Origin: Polyangiaceae bacterium
GTDB lineage: Bacteria; Myxococcota_A; Polyangia; Polyangiales; Polyangiaceae
NCBI GenBank assembly: GCA_044376115.1
Contig: JBILLK010000017.1
Span: 64,001-128,000 of the forward strand
Direction: 5' to 3'
Length of the DNA: 64,000 nt
Under the pieces are notes generated by a model. The model saw only the letters and a list, made by a program, of their open reading frames with translations. It made no database searches and was not told the origin of the DNA. A program made the translations under genes and the position numbers. Below, in pieces: positions 28,613 to 38,669 of this stretch. Position 1 is the stretch's first letter, and each line of letters starts with the position of its first letter.

Positions 28613-29617
28613 TTAGGGCACGATTAGTCGCACACCGCGCGGGACCACCTCAATTGTTACGTGGTGGTCGGCGGGCCATTCCTCGCCGTCTAGCTGTGCA
28701 GCCAGAGGCGCTCCGGCGGTGGCAGTGTGAAACGTCAGTTCCATCTTCGACGCCCGCAACGGTTTGGAATGTTCGATACCGATCTCGTTGAGCGCCTCCT
28801 CGGTAATCGGGTTTCCTTCAAGATCGACGATGGCTTTCGACGTCCAGTCGAGTTTGCCTCTAAACGGTATCAGCTCGAACATCCCATCATTGTGCTGGCT
28901 CGTGCGGTCGAAGACCCAGGCGCCCGCGTACACACGGGTGTTCTTGACGACCAGATCAGTTATGCCGTTTAGGGTCATGGGGTTGCCGTCAAGCACCAGC
29001 TCAACGGTAAGCCGATCATCGACGACGTAAGACTCAAGGAACGTCTTGAGGAAGGCGCCCGCATAGACTGCGTGATCGCGATAGATCTCCTTCAGCGGGC
29101 CAAGTGTTTCGACGACTTTGCGACTGCGATTGCGCTCAGCCAAGACCCTAGCGGACAGCCCCCAGCCCGCAGAGTCGAAGAACAGATCTACACTCGCGCT
29201 GCCCGATCGACGGTAAACCCCAACGTCCAGCTCCGTCTCGCGACCGGCAACGATGACCTGAAGGTTGCGCTCGAGGGCCTCCGGTGACGCCTCTAACCCA
29301 AAGCTCTTGCCTTGATCATTGGCGGTTCCGGTAGGCAACATGCCTAAGGCAACACGCTTTTGGCCCTCACTTTGATAGAGCCCTGCGGCGACCTCGCGGA
29401 ACGTGCCGTCCCCTCCCATCGCAATGACGACGCGAACAGAGGGGGTGCTGTTCAAGGTGTCCCTCACGCTTTCGATCGTTAGTCCTTGGGGAAGTGTCGG
29501 GAGTAACGTCGCCGCCACGCCTTGACTATGCAACCAGCCGAGCGCTCGCTCGATGCGCTCCTGATTTTTCCCGCTCTGCGCGGTTGGATTCGCCACCAGG
29601 AGATGCGTTGTCATCAA
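28613..29617 (-). CDS. Diacylglycerol/lipid kinase family (YegS/DagK-like)
   Basis: NPTAQSG, GGDGT, PTGTAND and QLDGE. Confidence 0.92.
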   Translation of the reverse strand: MMTTHLLVANPTAQSGKNQERIERALGWLHSQGVAATLLPTLPQGLTIESVRDTLNSTPSVRVVIAMGGDGTFREVAAGLYQSEGQKRVALGMLPTGTANDQGKSFGLEASPEALERNLQVIVAGRETELDVGVYRRSGSASVDLFFDSAGWGLSARVLAERNRSRKVVETLGPLKEIYRDHAVYAGAFLKTFLESYVVDDRLTVELVLDGNPMTLNGITDLVVKNTRVYAGAWVFDRTSQHNDGMFELIPFRGKLDWTSKAIVDLEGNPITEEALNEIGIEHSKPLRASKMELTFHTATAGAPLAAQLDGEEWPADHHVTIEVVPRGVRLIVP

Positions 29618-29666
29618 GGGATTTTCCTCGTTGCTGACCTTCTGTGCAAGCCGCCTGAGCAGTCAC

Positions 29667-29930
29667 TTACTTCAGCGGCGCAAGATCGCTTTCTTGGATT
29701 GCTGGTTGGCCGAGCTCACTCAGAGCCTCGTTGATCGCGCGCAAAGACACGGTAAGTGGAAGTGGAATGTCTAGGCCCGAGGGGGTGCCTCTCTCATCGT
29801 AGTGCGCCACCATGGGCGGACGGATGGCAATCTGACGCTTGGAGCGCCCGCTCACCTCGAGGGGAAAGTGGAGGAACGCAGCAACGGGTATCCCCTTGCG
29901 GAAAACAATCTCGATTCGAGGCTTGGGCAT
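29667..29930 (-). CDS. DUF2283-like small protein (putative antitoxin-type fold)
   Basis: IEIVFRKG.P.AAFL...HYDERGTPSGLDI...LAPL resembles, from recall, the DUF2283-like VDY..G.P.GIEI pattern. Confidence 0.55.
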   Translation of the reverse strand: MPKPRIEIVFRKGIPVAAFLHFPLEVSGRSKRQIAIRPPMVAHYDERGTPSGLDIPLPLTVSLRAINEALSELGQPAIQESDLAPLK

Positions 29931-29934
29931 GACG

Positions 29935-32049
29935 TCACTTCACCAAGAAATAGCTACGTTCGCCCTTCGACGTCACGTAGATGGCCCCCTGATATTCCCA
30001 GCTAATTTCAGTGACTGGGGCGGCGAGCGACTTCGTTTGGATGACCTTGCCGCTCAAGCTGTCTAGCAGCACGAGTTCTGCCCCCTTCTCCCCTTCAAAG
30101 AGAGCCACGATGAAGTCATCAAAGTAGAGGACGTTGTAGTTGCCAAGCCCTTCGTTCGTCCGCCACAAAACCTCGCCGCTAAGTGGATCGAGAGCCGCCA
30201 GATAAGAGCCATTGTGCTTCATCATTGTTGGGGAGCCCACAATGGCGATCAAGCGCTCTCCAATCCTACCCAGGAACGAGACCGCTTGAGTATCAAGCGC
30301 CGTCGGCGGCTCCCTTTGCAGATAGGCGAGGTCGAGGATTGACTTTACTTCCCCGCCCTCGATGCGGACCAAGTAGCGATTACCGTAGTTGACTAGACTA
30401 TAGTTCTGAAACCCAAATGCCCCATGAACAGGATGGGTACCGTAAGTCAGAGGGAAAAGGTCACTGCGCGCTTCCGGATGAACGCTGATGATGCCGCGCA
30501 TTTGCGGTGGTTGCGATGCTAGGGGGGCCTTGGCCGGCAGCAACTTGAGCTTCTGCGCTGGCGACGCTTGAGCTTCCTGCGTCTTCGGCCCTGCCACAAA
30601 ACCTGCACGGGAGGGCACGACCTCACTCAGATCAATACCTTTCTCCCCTGCCTTGCGAGCCCGCAAAAAGTCGAGGGCCCCCTGCAAAGCACGGCCCGAG
30701 CTCGAGGCCCGAGGCAGCCCCTCGACGGCGCTCGCAAGAGCGACCTCATCACGAACCGCCAGCGACTTAGCGGCATTCTCTAAGTGGCAGCTCGCAACTG
30801 TCGATAGCGGCGGAACGGGCGAGTCACCCAACCGCACTGTGTCCCCATACTCCGGCGCGGGCGCGGGATTTTGCTTCGCCACCCGGAATTGCACGTTACC
30901 GGGCGCCCAGGCATGAAGGATGTCTGCCTCCAAGGTTAGCCAGGTTATTGTCGAAGCCATCGGCTCGTCCGCTACGACTTTGCCACTCGAGAGTGCAACG
31001 ACCTGGAGGCTGGAGCCACGGGGCCCGTTGAAACCAGTAAAGAAGTAGTCTGCAGATACGGCTGGCCCAGCGATATTACCTACAGCCCGCTCAGATACCC
31101 ATTTAACCTTGTTCGTCTTTAGGTCGTAGGCGACTACGACGGCGTCGGCCGGGAGAGTAGTATCTCCCGCGTGGGAGAGCTGCGCGACCAATGTTGAGCC
31201 GACCACGGTCGCAAAAGAGACCTCCGGGAATATGGTCGCTTCGCCCGACGGCTTCGCCGCCTCTGGGAAGGCGGCAATGATCGCAGGCTCAAGTAGCAGC
31301 GAGCGGAAGCCCACTTCGTCGTTGCCTATGGCCAGTAGCGAATCTTGATAACGCGCGACCAAGGCTTGATTCAAATGAAAGGCGATGGAGAAGCCGAACT
31401 CGCCGAGCGCCGTACCAATGGTGGGCGGGGGCTCAAAGGCTGACAACTCGTGCAGCTTTCTCGCGGCGAAGAACGTATGCATGTCGCTCGGGTCCGAGCT
31501 AGCAAGGCGATCCATCTTGAAGCTCTTCTGGCGAGTCGAAGCCGCGGCGGGGGTGGCGGCCGGCAATGACATTGGCCGAAGCCTCGAGGATTGCTGCCCA
31601 GCAAGACGCCGCAACTCTGCGGCATCGCTACGTGCTGCAGAGAGCAGCACTACCGAGACCCGATCTGCGGGGTTTTCGCGCAGCGCCTCCGTGAAGCTTG
31701 CCTCGGCGACGACAGCTGCCCCTTTAGCCAAGGCCGAGATCCCTTCGGCTTGCTTTGCGGTCAATGAGTGGAGCGCGTTGGGAACACATGGAGGAGCTTG
31801 CGGCTCATCGCTCGCAGCGTGCTTGATAGGGTTGGACGATCGGGCCGGCTGCACAACCGGGGGGGGGCCGCCGCAAGCCGACATCAACGAGGCGACCGCA
31901 AGGGAACGCAGCCAGCAGCGCGCTCGCAATGGGGTGGAGTCGAACGGGCGGGGTAGCAACGACACGGCAAGTCCTTGTAGAGGGTGGGGCTGCTGACTTT
32001 GGCACGAGTCCTTGACCTGGTGCCACACGCAAGTTGGGCGCAGCAACAA
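29935..32049 (-). CDS. Hypothetical lipoprotein with two PQQ-like propeller regions
   Basis: Lipobox LMSAC (true start probably downstream of 32049); AYDLKTNKVKW and ALDPLSGEVLWR; apparent internal duplication. Confidence 0.6.
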   Translation of the reverse strand: MLLRPTCVWHQVKDSCQSQQPHPLQGLAVSLLPRPFDSTPLRARCWLRSLAVASLMSACGGPPPVVQPARSSNPIKHAASDEPQAPPCVPNALHSLTAKQAEGISALAKGAAVVAEASFTEALRENPADRVSVVLLSAARSDAAELRRLAGQQSSRLRPMSLPAATPAAASTRQKSFKMDRLASSDPSDMHTFFAARKLHELSAFEPPPTIGTALGEFGFSIAFHLNQALVARYQDSLLAIGNDEVGFRSLLLEPAIIAAFPEAAKPSGEATIFPEVSFATVVGSTLVAQLSHAGDTTLPADAVVVAYDLKTNKVKWVSERAVGNIAGPAVSADYFFTGFNGPRGSSLQVVALSSGKVVADEPMASTITWLTLEADILHAWAPGNVQFRVAKQNPAPAPEYGDTVRLGDSPVPPLSTVASCHLENAAKSLAVRDEVALASAVEGLPRASSSGRALQGALDFLRARKAGEKGIDLSEVVPSRAGFVAGPKTQEAQASPAQKLKLLPAKAPLASQPPQMRGIISVHPEARSDLFPLTYGTHPVHGAFGFQNYSLVNYGNRYLVRIEGGEVKSILDLAYLQREPPTALDTQAVSFLGRIGERLIAIVGSPTMMKHNGSYLAALDPLSGEVLWRTNEGLGNYNVLYFDDFIVALFEGEKGAELVLLDSLSGKVIQTKSLAAPVTEISWEYQGAIYVTSKGERSYFLVK

Positions 32050-32108
32050 GACTCGAGGCCGAGCAAAAGAAGGGCCGCCGGAACTGGTCGTTCTGCTACG
32101 ACTAGCGA

Positions 32109-33461
32109 ATGGCGCATCTTCGCCGATGGGCGTTAGCCTCGATAGCCTCGTTGCAGGCGCTCACAGGGTGCTTTCAACCAACCGTGGCTGCGCAAACTGC
32201 GTCCGGGGCAGAGGCGCCTCCTTGGCTGCCGCCCTACACGAGGGAACAGCTGTCACTGCTTGAGCCACTCGGTGAAGCACCTGAACTGAGAGCCCGCCGC
32301 GCCTACCCACACGAGTCTCACTTTCAATACGCGCACGATCGAACCCTCGCAGATCCGGCCGAGGCGATGCGCACGACCAAGCTCGTCACCGAGTTGGTCG
32401 CTGAATCAGCCCGGACGTATTTGCTGTCGGATACTGAGCCTCAGACTGAGAACCGAATAGCACAGTACGGGCCTCCGCCTGCTGGAGAGCCGGACGCATC
32501 ACGCATTGCGAGCAAGGATTTTCAGGGTCGCGTTGAGCTACGCAAAGCAGAGCTATCCAGTGAAGCGGAGGACGCGCTCGCTGACGGGCGTGCATCGTTT
32601 GAACGTAAGGAGGCGACGGAGGCGATTGCGGCGTTCAAGCGGTCGGCGGACGCAGCCCCTTTCGCGCTGGAGCCGCTCATGCTGCTAGCGCAGGCACATA
32701 AGCTGGGTGGGCAGCGTGCAGCTGCGGAGCAAACGCTGAGGCAAGCGCTGGAGCTGGATCGTACGTTTGCCACAACGCACCTTCACCTGGCGACCTTGCT
32801 GTTCGAGAAAGGTGACACCCTCGCTGCGAAGGAGAGCCTTGCGCAAGCGCTGGCTTACCATCCAGATCTCAAGCCAGGGCTCGCGCTCGCCAATCGGATT
32901 CGGGAATTGGAGGGCATCGCCGTCCCGGAGCGAATCAAGCCTTACCGCATCTTTCTCGAGGTGGATGATCTAGGCGTCGTACGCGCGGGAACTGGGCCGA
33001 CCTCCGGAGCGAGAATGTACGCCGGTTGCCGCGCCATTATGCGCTACGAGTTGGAGCTCAGGGCGGCGCTCTTCGATGAACCGGAGAGCGCTCCGTACTT
33101 CTTGAGCGCGGCCGAGGAAATGTTCTGTGTGGAAAGCGCTATTGGCGCGTACGTGGCCGAGCGAGCCATTTCGCGCGAGGCCCGGAGAGAGTTACCGCAG
33201 GATGAAACTGCGGAAGGGCTCACGGCGTTGGCGCACACCGAGGGGCTGCTTGGCTACATCATGTTCGAGGTCCTCGGAAACCAAAGGCCGGAGGTTGCCC
33301 GAAAAGCTCCTGGGTTTGTTCACCGCGCCATGGTTGCTTACGTGAAGCGCCACATCCTCGGCTACGAACCTTCTCCTGAATATGAACGTAATTACGTCGA
33401 GCGGCTCGATGCGAGCCCGCCCTCGATGATCGCGGCGCGCGGCCGGCTCGAGCGCCAATGA
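32109..33461 (+). CDS. TPR-repeat lipoprotein
   Basis: Lipobox LTGC and TPR-like helices (AEQTLRQALELD, AKESLAQALAYHP). Confidence 0.75.
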   Translation: MAHLRRWALASIASLQALTGCFQPTVAAQTASGAEAPPWLPPYTREQLSLLEPLGEAPELRARRAYPHESHFQYAHDRTLADPAEAMRTTKLVTELVAESARTYLLSDTEPQTENRIAQYGPPPAGEPDASRIASKDFQGRVELRKAELSSEAEDALADGRASFERKEATEAIAAFKRSADAAPFALEPLMLLAQAHKLGGQRAAAEQTLRQALELDRTFATTHLHLATLLFEKGDTLAAKESLAQALAYHPDLKPGLALANRIRELEGIAVPERIKPYRIFLEVDDLGVVRAGTGPTSGARMYAGCRAIMRYELELRAALFDEPESAPYFLSAAEEMFCVESAIGAYVAERAISREARRELPQDETAEGLTALAHTEGLLGYIMFEVLGNQRPEVARKAPGFVHRAMVAYVKRHILGYEPSPEYERNYVERLDASPPSMIAARGRLERQ

Positions 33462-34651
33462 TTCAGCGCATTGGTTGGCGGCCTATTGGTTGCTTCAGCC
33501 TTCTTTCGCTCGGCGCACTGTTGCTTACGCCCACGTCTTCACGAGCAGCGGATAGCGAGGTAAGGGCCGCGATACCGCTGTTGTGGCGGGCATCGACGAG
33601 GTCGCCCAACCCGATAGTGGAAAAGCCCGAGGAGCCGCTCTACGCGATCTGTGGGGAGCCGGATGAGGCGTTGCAGTCAGTCGCTACAAGAAACGCCGCT
33701 AGGCAGTTGCGCGGAGAATCCTCTTTTGGCGCCGACGAGTTGGCCTTCAACCTGCGTGCAGCGGGCGCGCCGTATGTTTGGCCTCGCGCTTGGACGCTCA
33801 AAGGCAGAGAGCTGGACGCGCAGAAGGTGGCAGCGTCGCTAGCCTCCTTCGTCGATAAAACGAAGCCGCTCGGGGAGCGGCGTTGCGGTGTCGCGCGAAT
33901 GCGAGATAGCTCGGGAATCGAGCTGGTCAGTCTCGTTCTGGTCGACGCGCTCGCCGATCTTCAACGCACTCCGACCCTGGCGCGCGTTGGGGAGTGGATC
34001 ACCCTGAAGGGCACACTGGTGAGCGAGGCCTCCGACTTGACGATCGTCCTACTTGGGCCGCGCGGCAAACCTCGGACGGTGCTGGCCAACCTGACGCAGA
34101 AGGAACTCCGGACCACATTCATGGTGGACCAGCCTGGAGAATGGCTGGTTCAGGTCGTGGCCACGGTCGCGACTGGCCCTCGCCCGGTGCTCGAGTTGCC
34201 CATTCATGCAGGCACGGCACCGCCGCTGCGATTTGCCGAGACACCGGCCCCTGGTGAGGGCGCCGCCGCTCCCGATGTTGACGACGAAGCAGCCCTGACG
34301 GCGATGGTGAACGCCGCCAGAAAGGCTGAAGGCCTGAGTCCGCTAGCTCGCGACTCAAGCCTCGACAAGCTGGCTCGCGAGCACTCGGTAGTGATGAGAA
34401 ACGCTCGATTGATCGGTCATGACGTAGGCCATGGCAGCCCTGAGCAGCGACTGCACGAGGGTGGGATCAGCTTCCGCACGCCTGGAGAGAATATCGCTGG
34501 CGCCAAGAATATCGTGCGCGCCCATCGTGCACTTTGGATGAGCCCATCTCATCGTGGGAACCTGCTCGAGGAGAGATTCGGCCGGGTCGGGATTGGCGTG
34601 GTGAAGAGCGACGATGGTCGGGTGTGGGTGACTCAATTATTCACCGACTGA
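33458..34651 (+). CDS. CAP (SCP) domain secreted protein
   Basis: VNAARK..GLSPL, HS..M, GENIA, MSPSHRGNLL, GIGV and WVTQLF. Confidence 0.9.
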   Translation: MIQRIGWRPIGCFSLLSLGALLLTPTSSRAADSEVRAAIPLLWRASTRSPNPIVEKPEEPLYAICGEPDEALQSVATRNAARQLRGESSFGADELAFNLRAAGAPYVWPRAWTLKGRELDAQKVAASLASFVDKTKPLGERRCGVARMRDSSGIELVSLVLVDALADLQRTPTLARVGEWITLKGTLVSEASDLTIVLLGPRGKPRTVLANLTQKELRTTFMVDQPGEWLVQVVATVATGPRPVLELPIHAGTAPPLRFAETPAPGEGAAAPDVDDEAALTAMVNAARKAEGLSPLARDSSLDKLAREHSVVMRNARLIGHDVGHGSPEQRLHEGGISFRTPGENIAGAKNIVRAHRALWMSPSHRGNLLEERFGRVGIGVVKSDDGRVWVTQLFTD

Positions 34652-34655
34652 CGGG

Positions 34656-35207
34656 TCAACTCTTCGGCGACAGGAAGCTACTGCGATAGTGCGCTAGCTC
34701 GGCAATGCTCTCACGAATGTCAGCAAGGGCACGATGGCTCTCCTTCTTTCGCGGAGGCGGGGAGGCCTCTGGCCGCCAGCGGCGAGCCAACTCCTTGAGC
34801 GTGGAAACGTCGATCAAGCGATAGTGGAGATGCTCGGCGAGGCGCGGCATATAGCGCTCGATGAACTGACGATCCTTCCAGATCGAGTTGCCGCAGAGGG
34901 GCGCCGTGCGAGCCACCGTATGCTGCTTGAGAAACTCTAGGGTGGCGTCTTCTGCGGCGCGTACGTCCATCCGTGACGCGCGGATCTCGTCAATCAGGCC
35001 GCTCTCGGTATGCATCCGTTGGACGATCGGAGCCATCGCGCCAAGAGCCTCCTCTGTGGCGTGCACCACCAGATCCGGCCCTTCCGCGACGAGCTCCAAG
35101 TTGGAGTCGGTCACAATCGACGCGATCTCGACGATGGTGCACCGCTCAGGATCGAGCCCGGTCATCTCTAGATCGATCCAAACAAGGAGATCCTCGCGAA
35201 TAGTCAT
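34656..35207 (-). CDS. orn: Oligoribonuclease
   Basis: LVWIDLEMTGL, CGNSI..DR.F, HYRLIDVSTLKEL and HRALADIRESIAEL. Confidence 0.97.
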   Translation of the reverse strand: MTIREDLLVWIDLEMTGLDPERCTIVEIASIVTDSNLELVAEGPDLVVHATEEALGAMAPIVQRMHTESGLIDEIRASRMDVRAAEDATLEFLKQHTVARTAPLCGNSIWKDRQFIERYMPRLAEHLHYRLIDVSTLKELARRWRPEASPPPRKKESHRALADIRESIAELAHYRSSFLSPKS

Positions 35208-36589
35208 TCGATCAGGGTAATCGACTTTGCGAAGTATGTGGCAACGGCGGCGCGCGTCCCGTCAGGTGCAACCGCCACGGTATCAACCCCGATCCCCGTC
35301 TCGAGCGACGTGAGAATTTCGGGAGGTTCTCCGCCGATCACCACGACGCCTCGACCGCGAGCTGGTTCCCCGGCGGGGCCGAGACTGACGAAGAGCGTGG
35401 TTCGGTCATCCGATAGTCGCCCCCGCCGTGGCTCGTCGGGAAGCATCAACGTGGTAACGCTCGCCTTGTCGGCGGTCGAGAGCAGCGGAAGGTCGATCGT
35501 GGTTGCCGTCCTCGCGGTGACGTTGAGCGTCACCCCGTACAGATCGTCGCGCATAATGAACGCGGCGATGGGCCCCTGCCCCACGTCCACGGTATGAGCT
35601 CGGGTCTCTTCACCGACGTCCACGAGCTTCGCCGTGTTGGCGGCAAAATCAGGAAAAAGCAGCGAGCTCCCCGCGCGGGTCACCGAGCCCGCTCGCGGGT
35701 CTCGGCCAATGGCGATACTTCGCCGTGTGGCGCCGAAAGGTGACTCCTTCGGGTCGAAAAGGTCCATCCAGGCGCCGTCAGGCCGCCCCTCATTGGAGAG
35801 CGCCCCCAGCGCCGCGAGCGAGTGCCCAGCCGTGGTGTGAAGGAGAAATACCTGACTCGCCGCTTGCGGCAGCGTCATATCGTCCAAAAGCCGGCCCGAG
35901 GGCAGCGCAAAGCGCGAGAGACGATGCGACTTGCTGCCACCAACAATCACGGTGCCGTCATTTATTTCGACCAGATCCGTTGGGCCTGCGCCGACCTCGA
36001 GCAGCACTGGATCGCGATCCCAACGAGTGACGTCGAACACGGGCACCTGGGTGACAGCAGGATCGCTATTGAGGAGAGCGACGTAGCGTTCGGCGAAGCA
36101 GACCATGCGACTGCCCTTCACCGGGATTGTCGCCTTGTGCACGATCTCACCAGAGTCTACGCGGTACTCGCGGAGGGTCGCGTCGTCCGCCGAAACGTAG
36201 AGCGACTGGCCTGTCTTTGAGAAACAGAGATCGAGCGGGTGAACGTCGCCCATGCGGAGTTCACGGGCCTTCCAATCCTTCTTTGGAGGCGTTGTTAGTG
36301 GACGTCTCTCCGGAAGTGCGGGCGTTGGGGCAGCAACTTTGGGTGGCGTGGTGCTGCTCGCAGGAGCGGGATCGCCGGCCAGCGCCGTCAACGGAGGGGC
36401 GGACTCGACTACGGACTCTTGTGAGGTGACGATCACCGAAAACACGCTGGCGACCGTCGTAAACATCATGATTGCCGCGCGCGGAGTGCGTGATTTCTCG
36501 GGCTGCCAACCCTTGCAGTGCTTGCACTTGCGGGCCCCTTCGAGAATGGGGCGGCGGCAAAGCGAACAGGGCACGGAGCGTTCGCTCAT
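35204..36589 (-). CDS. Zinc-ribbon - TM - Pro-rich linker - YncE-like beta-propeller protein
   Basis: CSLC...CKHC, one hydrophobic segment and propeller repeats. ATGA overlaps at both ends. Confidence 0.75.
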   Translation of the reverse strand: MSERSVPCSLCRRPILEGARKCKHCKGWQPEKSRTPRAAIMMFTTVASVFSVIVTSQESVVESAPPLTALAGDPAPASSTTPPKVAAPTPALPERRPLTTPPKKDWKARELRMGDVHPLDLCFSKTGQSLYVSADDATLREYRVDSGEIVHKATIPVKGSRMVCFAERYVALLNSDPAVTQVPVFDVTRWDRDPVLLEVGAGPTDLVEINDGTVIVGGSKSHRLSRFALPSGRLLDDMTLPQAASQVFLLHTTAGHSLAALGALSNEGRPDGAWMDLFDPKESPFGATRRSIAIGRDPRAGSVTRAGSSLLFPDFAANTAKLVDVGEETRAHTVDVGQGPIAAFIMRDDLYGVTLNVTARTATTIDLPLLSTADKASVTTLMLPDEPRRGRLSDDRTTLFVSLGPAGEPARGRGVVVIGGEPPEILTSLETGIGVDTVAVAPDGTRAAVATYFAKSITLIE

Positions 36590-38478
36590 CGAAACACCCA
36601 CGCAACCTTGCTGCGATCGCTCATGGCGATCACGGCCTCGCCGCCCGGCGAAATATCGAGACGCGTTGGAGGCTCAGTCACGGGGATCATTTCGACGCTG
36701 AAACCGTTCAAATCAACGAGCCCGATCGCGCCATCGGTCGAGCTTGCTACGGCCACCACCAACTGCTCACCGTCGGGGGAAACCACGACGTCTTGCACGG
36801 GATCACCGAACGGGATGCGCCGAACCAAGGAGGCGTCATCGAGGCTGAAGATCTCGACTGCACGACCGCGATTGCATCGCACGACGGCCCAGCGGTTCTT
36901 GCGAATCAACTCGATCTGCTCGGGCTGGTCACATGTCGTTTGCGCTTCGCCTAGCCGCACAGCGCCGGACGCAAGCATCTCCATGGGAACGAGCGCATTG
37001 TCCCGGCGCAGCACCGCAAAGCCACGCCCTCCATCCGGCGTCACGAGCACACTGGTTGGGTTGCCGACGATCGACGCACGCACGCGATCCTGACGCGTGG
37101 CGAGACGACTTGGATCAAACGCATAAACGGCGCCGAGCTGTGCGTCTCGCTGGCCTGGGACTGGAATCGCGCCGGTCGCCGTCAACGCGCGTTTCCCCGA
37201 ATCATCCACCGCGACCCGCCCGACGTGATCATCGCCGAAGCGAATCCGCTCCAACTCCACATGCAGCTCGCTCGAGAAAATCGCTACCGAGTGAAGGCCT
37301 GGGAGCGACACGAAGACCCTGCGACCGTTGGCGCCGACCGAGGCCTCGCCCGCGATGCCACCGAGCTCGAGCGTCTTTTCGTGACGGAGGGTCTGGCCAT
37401 CCAGCACGCTCACGTGTTGGGGGCCAATCGCGTAGATTGCCGACTCCGTGCGCAACAACTTCTGCGTGTGCGCCGCCTGCGTGACCAGCCCGAGGGACTG
37501 CCCCGTGCGGCTCGAGCGGATCTCGGTCCCGGCCAAGAGCGCGGTGGCGAAGCGCGAGTCGTCGATGATCAGCACGTCGCTGACGTCAGGCGGAAGGGAG
37601 AATGGACCAGCCACGCCCGGTCGTGCGGCGACGTGACCAACGTCGTTGGGTTTTTGCCAAACGCAGACGCTGGCCTGGCACGACTCGCCGTTCCAACAGC
37701 GAGCTTCACAAGGTTGTTGGGCGGCCGGAGGGCCCATCGGCGCAGCCCGTTGCTGATCAGCGAGCGAGAAGCGCCCGGGCGCCATGTAGCGCAGAGCGAT
37801 TCCGGTCATCAGCAGGCTGGCGATGCTGCCGAACATGACGAGCGGTCGCCAGTGCATCCGCAACCACGATGCGTCCTCCGCATCGTCAGGAATCGAGCCT
37901 CGCGACGCAGGCGATGAGCGGGGCGCAACAGACTCGTCGCACTCGGGACAAACGGTCGCGGTTTCTGCAATGAGCTCGCGACACACCCCGCAGCGCACCG
38001 TTTTGAGATCGGGAGCGGAGTGATGAGCAACCGCGCGGGTTCCTTCAGAGAGGGTGCGATCAAAGATCTTGCGGGCCAGAACCCAATCTTCCGTTCCAAG
38101 CGGCGCAACATGGGCCTGCCGATATTTGCCGAGCGTAACGCCTTCGCGGATCTGCGCGCCGTTGATGGGACCGAAAGACTGGCCGTGATCCGCGACTACG
38201 AAGCGCAGACGCTCCAAGGTTTCGATCGGTGCCATGAGCAGGTCAGGCGAGGTGCTGAGTACGCCATCCCCCAGGGCCGGCGGGGGTGTGAGCGGTGGAG
38301 CTGGGCTTGCCAAGGTTGCCCAGGCGCACGCGGGCAACCACAGCATGGAGTCAACCTCGCGGCAGCGAACCTCCGCCGAGAAATCGCCGGCTCGCAACGC
38401 TTCACGTAAAGCGTCGTCGCTGAGAGGCCCGGTCGTTTGTCCGGGCGCCGGTTGGACAAAAAAGAAGGTCGACAACAC
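36586..38478 (-). CDS. Tandem GYF_2-like - zinc-ribbon - TM - beta-propeller protein
   Basis: Two G...GP.....L...W repeats, CGVC...CPEC, a TM segment, a small Cys cluster and propeller repeats (VTPDG, VSPDG, ISPGG). Confidence 0.75.
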   Translation of the reverse strand: MLSTFFFVQPAPGQTTGPLSDDALREALRAGDFSAEVRCREVDSMLWLPACAWATLASPAPPLTPPPALGDGVLSTSPDLLMAPIETLERLRFVVADHGQSFGPINGAQIREGVTLGKYRQAHVAPLGTEDWVLARKIFDRTLSEGTRAVAHHSAPDLKTVRCGVCRELIAETATVCPECDESVAPRSSPASRGSIPDDAEDASWLRMHWRPLVMFGSIASLLMTGIALRYMAPGRFSLADQQRAAPMGPPAAQQPCEARCWNGESCQASVCVWQKPNDVGHVAARPGVAGPFSLPPDVSDVLIIDDSRFATALLAGTEIRSSRTGQSLGLVTQAAHTQKLLRTESAIYAIGPQHVSVLDGQTLRHEKTLELGGIAGEASVGANGRRVFVSLPGLHSVAIFSSELHVELERIRFGDDHVGRVAVDDSGKRALTATGAIPVPGQRDAQLGAVYAFDPSRLATRQDRVRASIVGNPTSVLVTPDGGRGFAVLRRDNALVPMEMLASGAVRLGEAQTTCDQPEQIELIRKNRWAVVRCNRGRAVEIFSLDDASLVRRIPFGDPVQDVVVSPDGEQLVVAVASSTDGAIGLVDLNGFSVEMIPVTEPPTRLDISPGGEAVIAMSDRSKVAWVFR

Positions 38479-38669
38479 CTACCGCCTAGCAACGCCACGC
38501 GTGAGCGTCGAGCAGCTTTGCTTTCCGAAGGAGCTGGCACCTTCAGCATTGGCGCGTTTCTCACGAGTCCAGTTGAGAAGTGACAGCGGATTTGTCCGAT
38601 CTGGATTGAACAGCACCGACAGGTGCGGTAGTAGGCCGCACGCCTACATTTCATCCCATTGGAGGACCT

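Noticed and set aside
22750..31400. Apparently weaker codon bias suggesting a horizontally acquired island
   Set aside because: Impression by eye only; no integrase, transposase, tRNA or flanking direct repeats were found. A GC3/k-mer scan would be needed.
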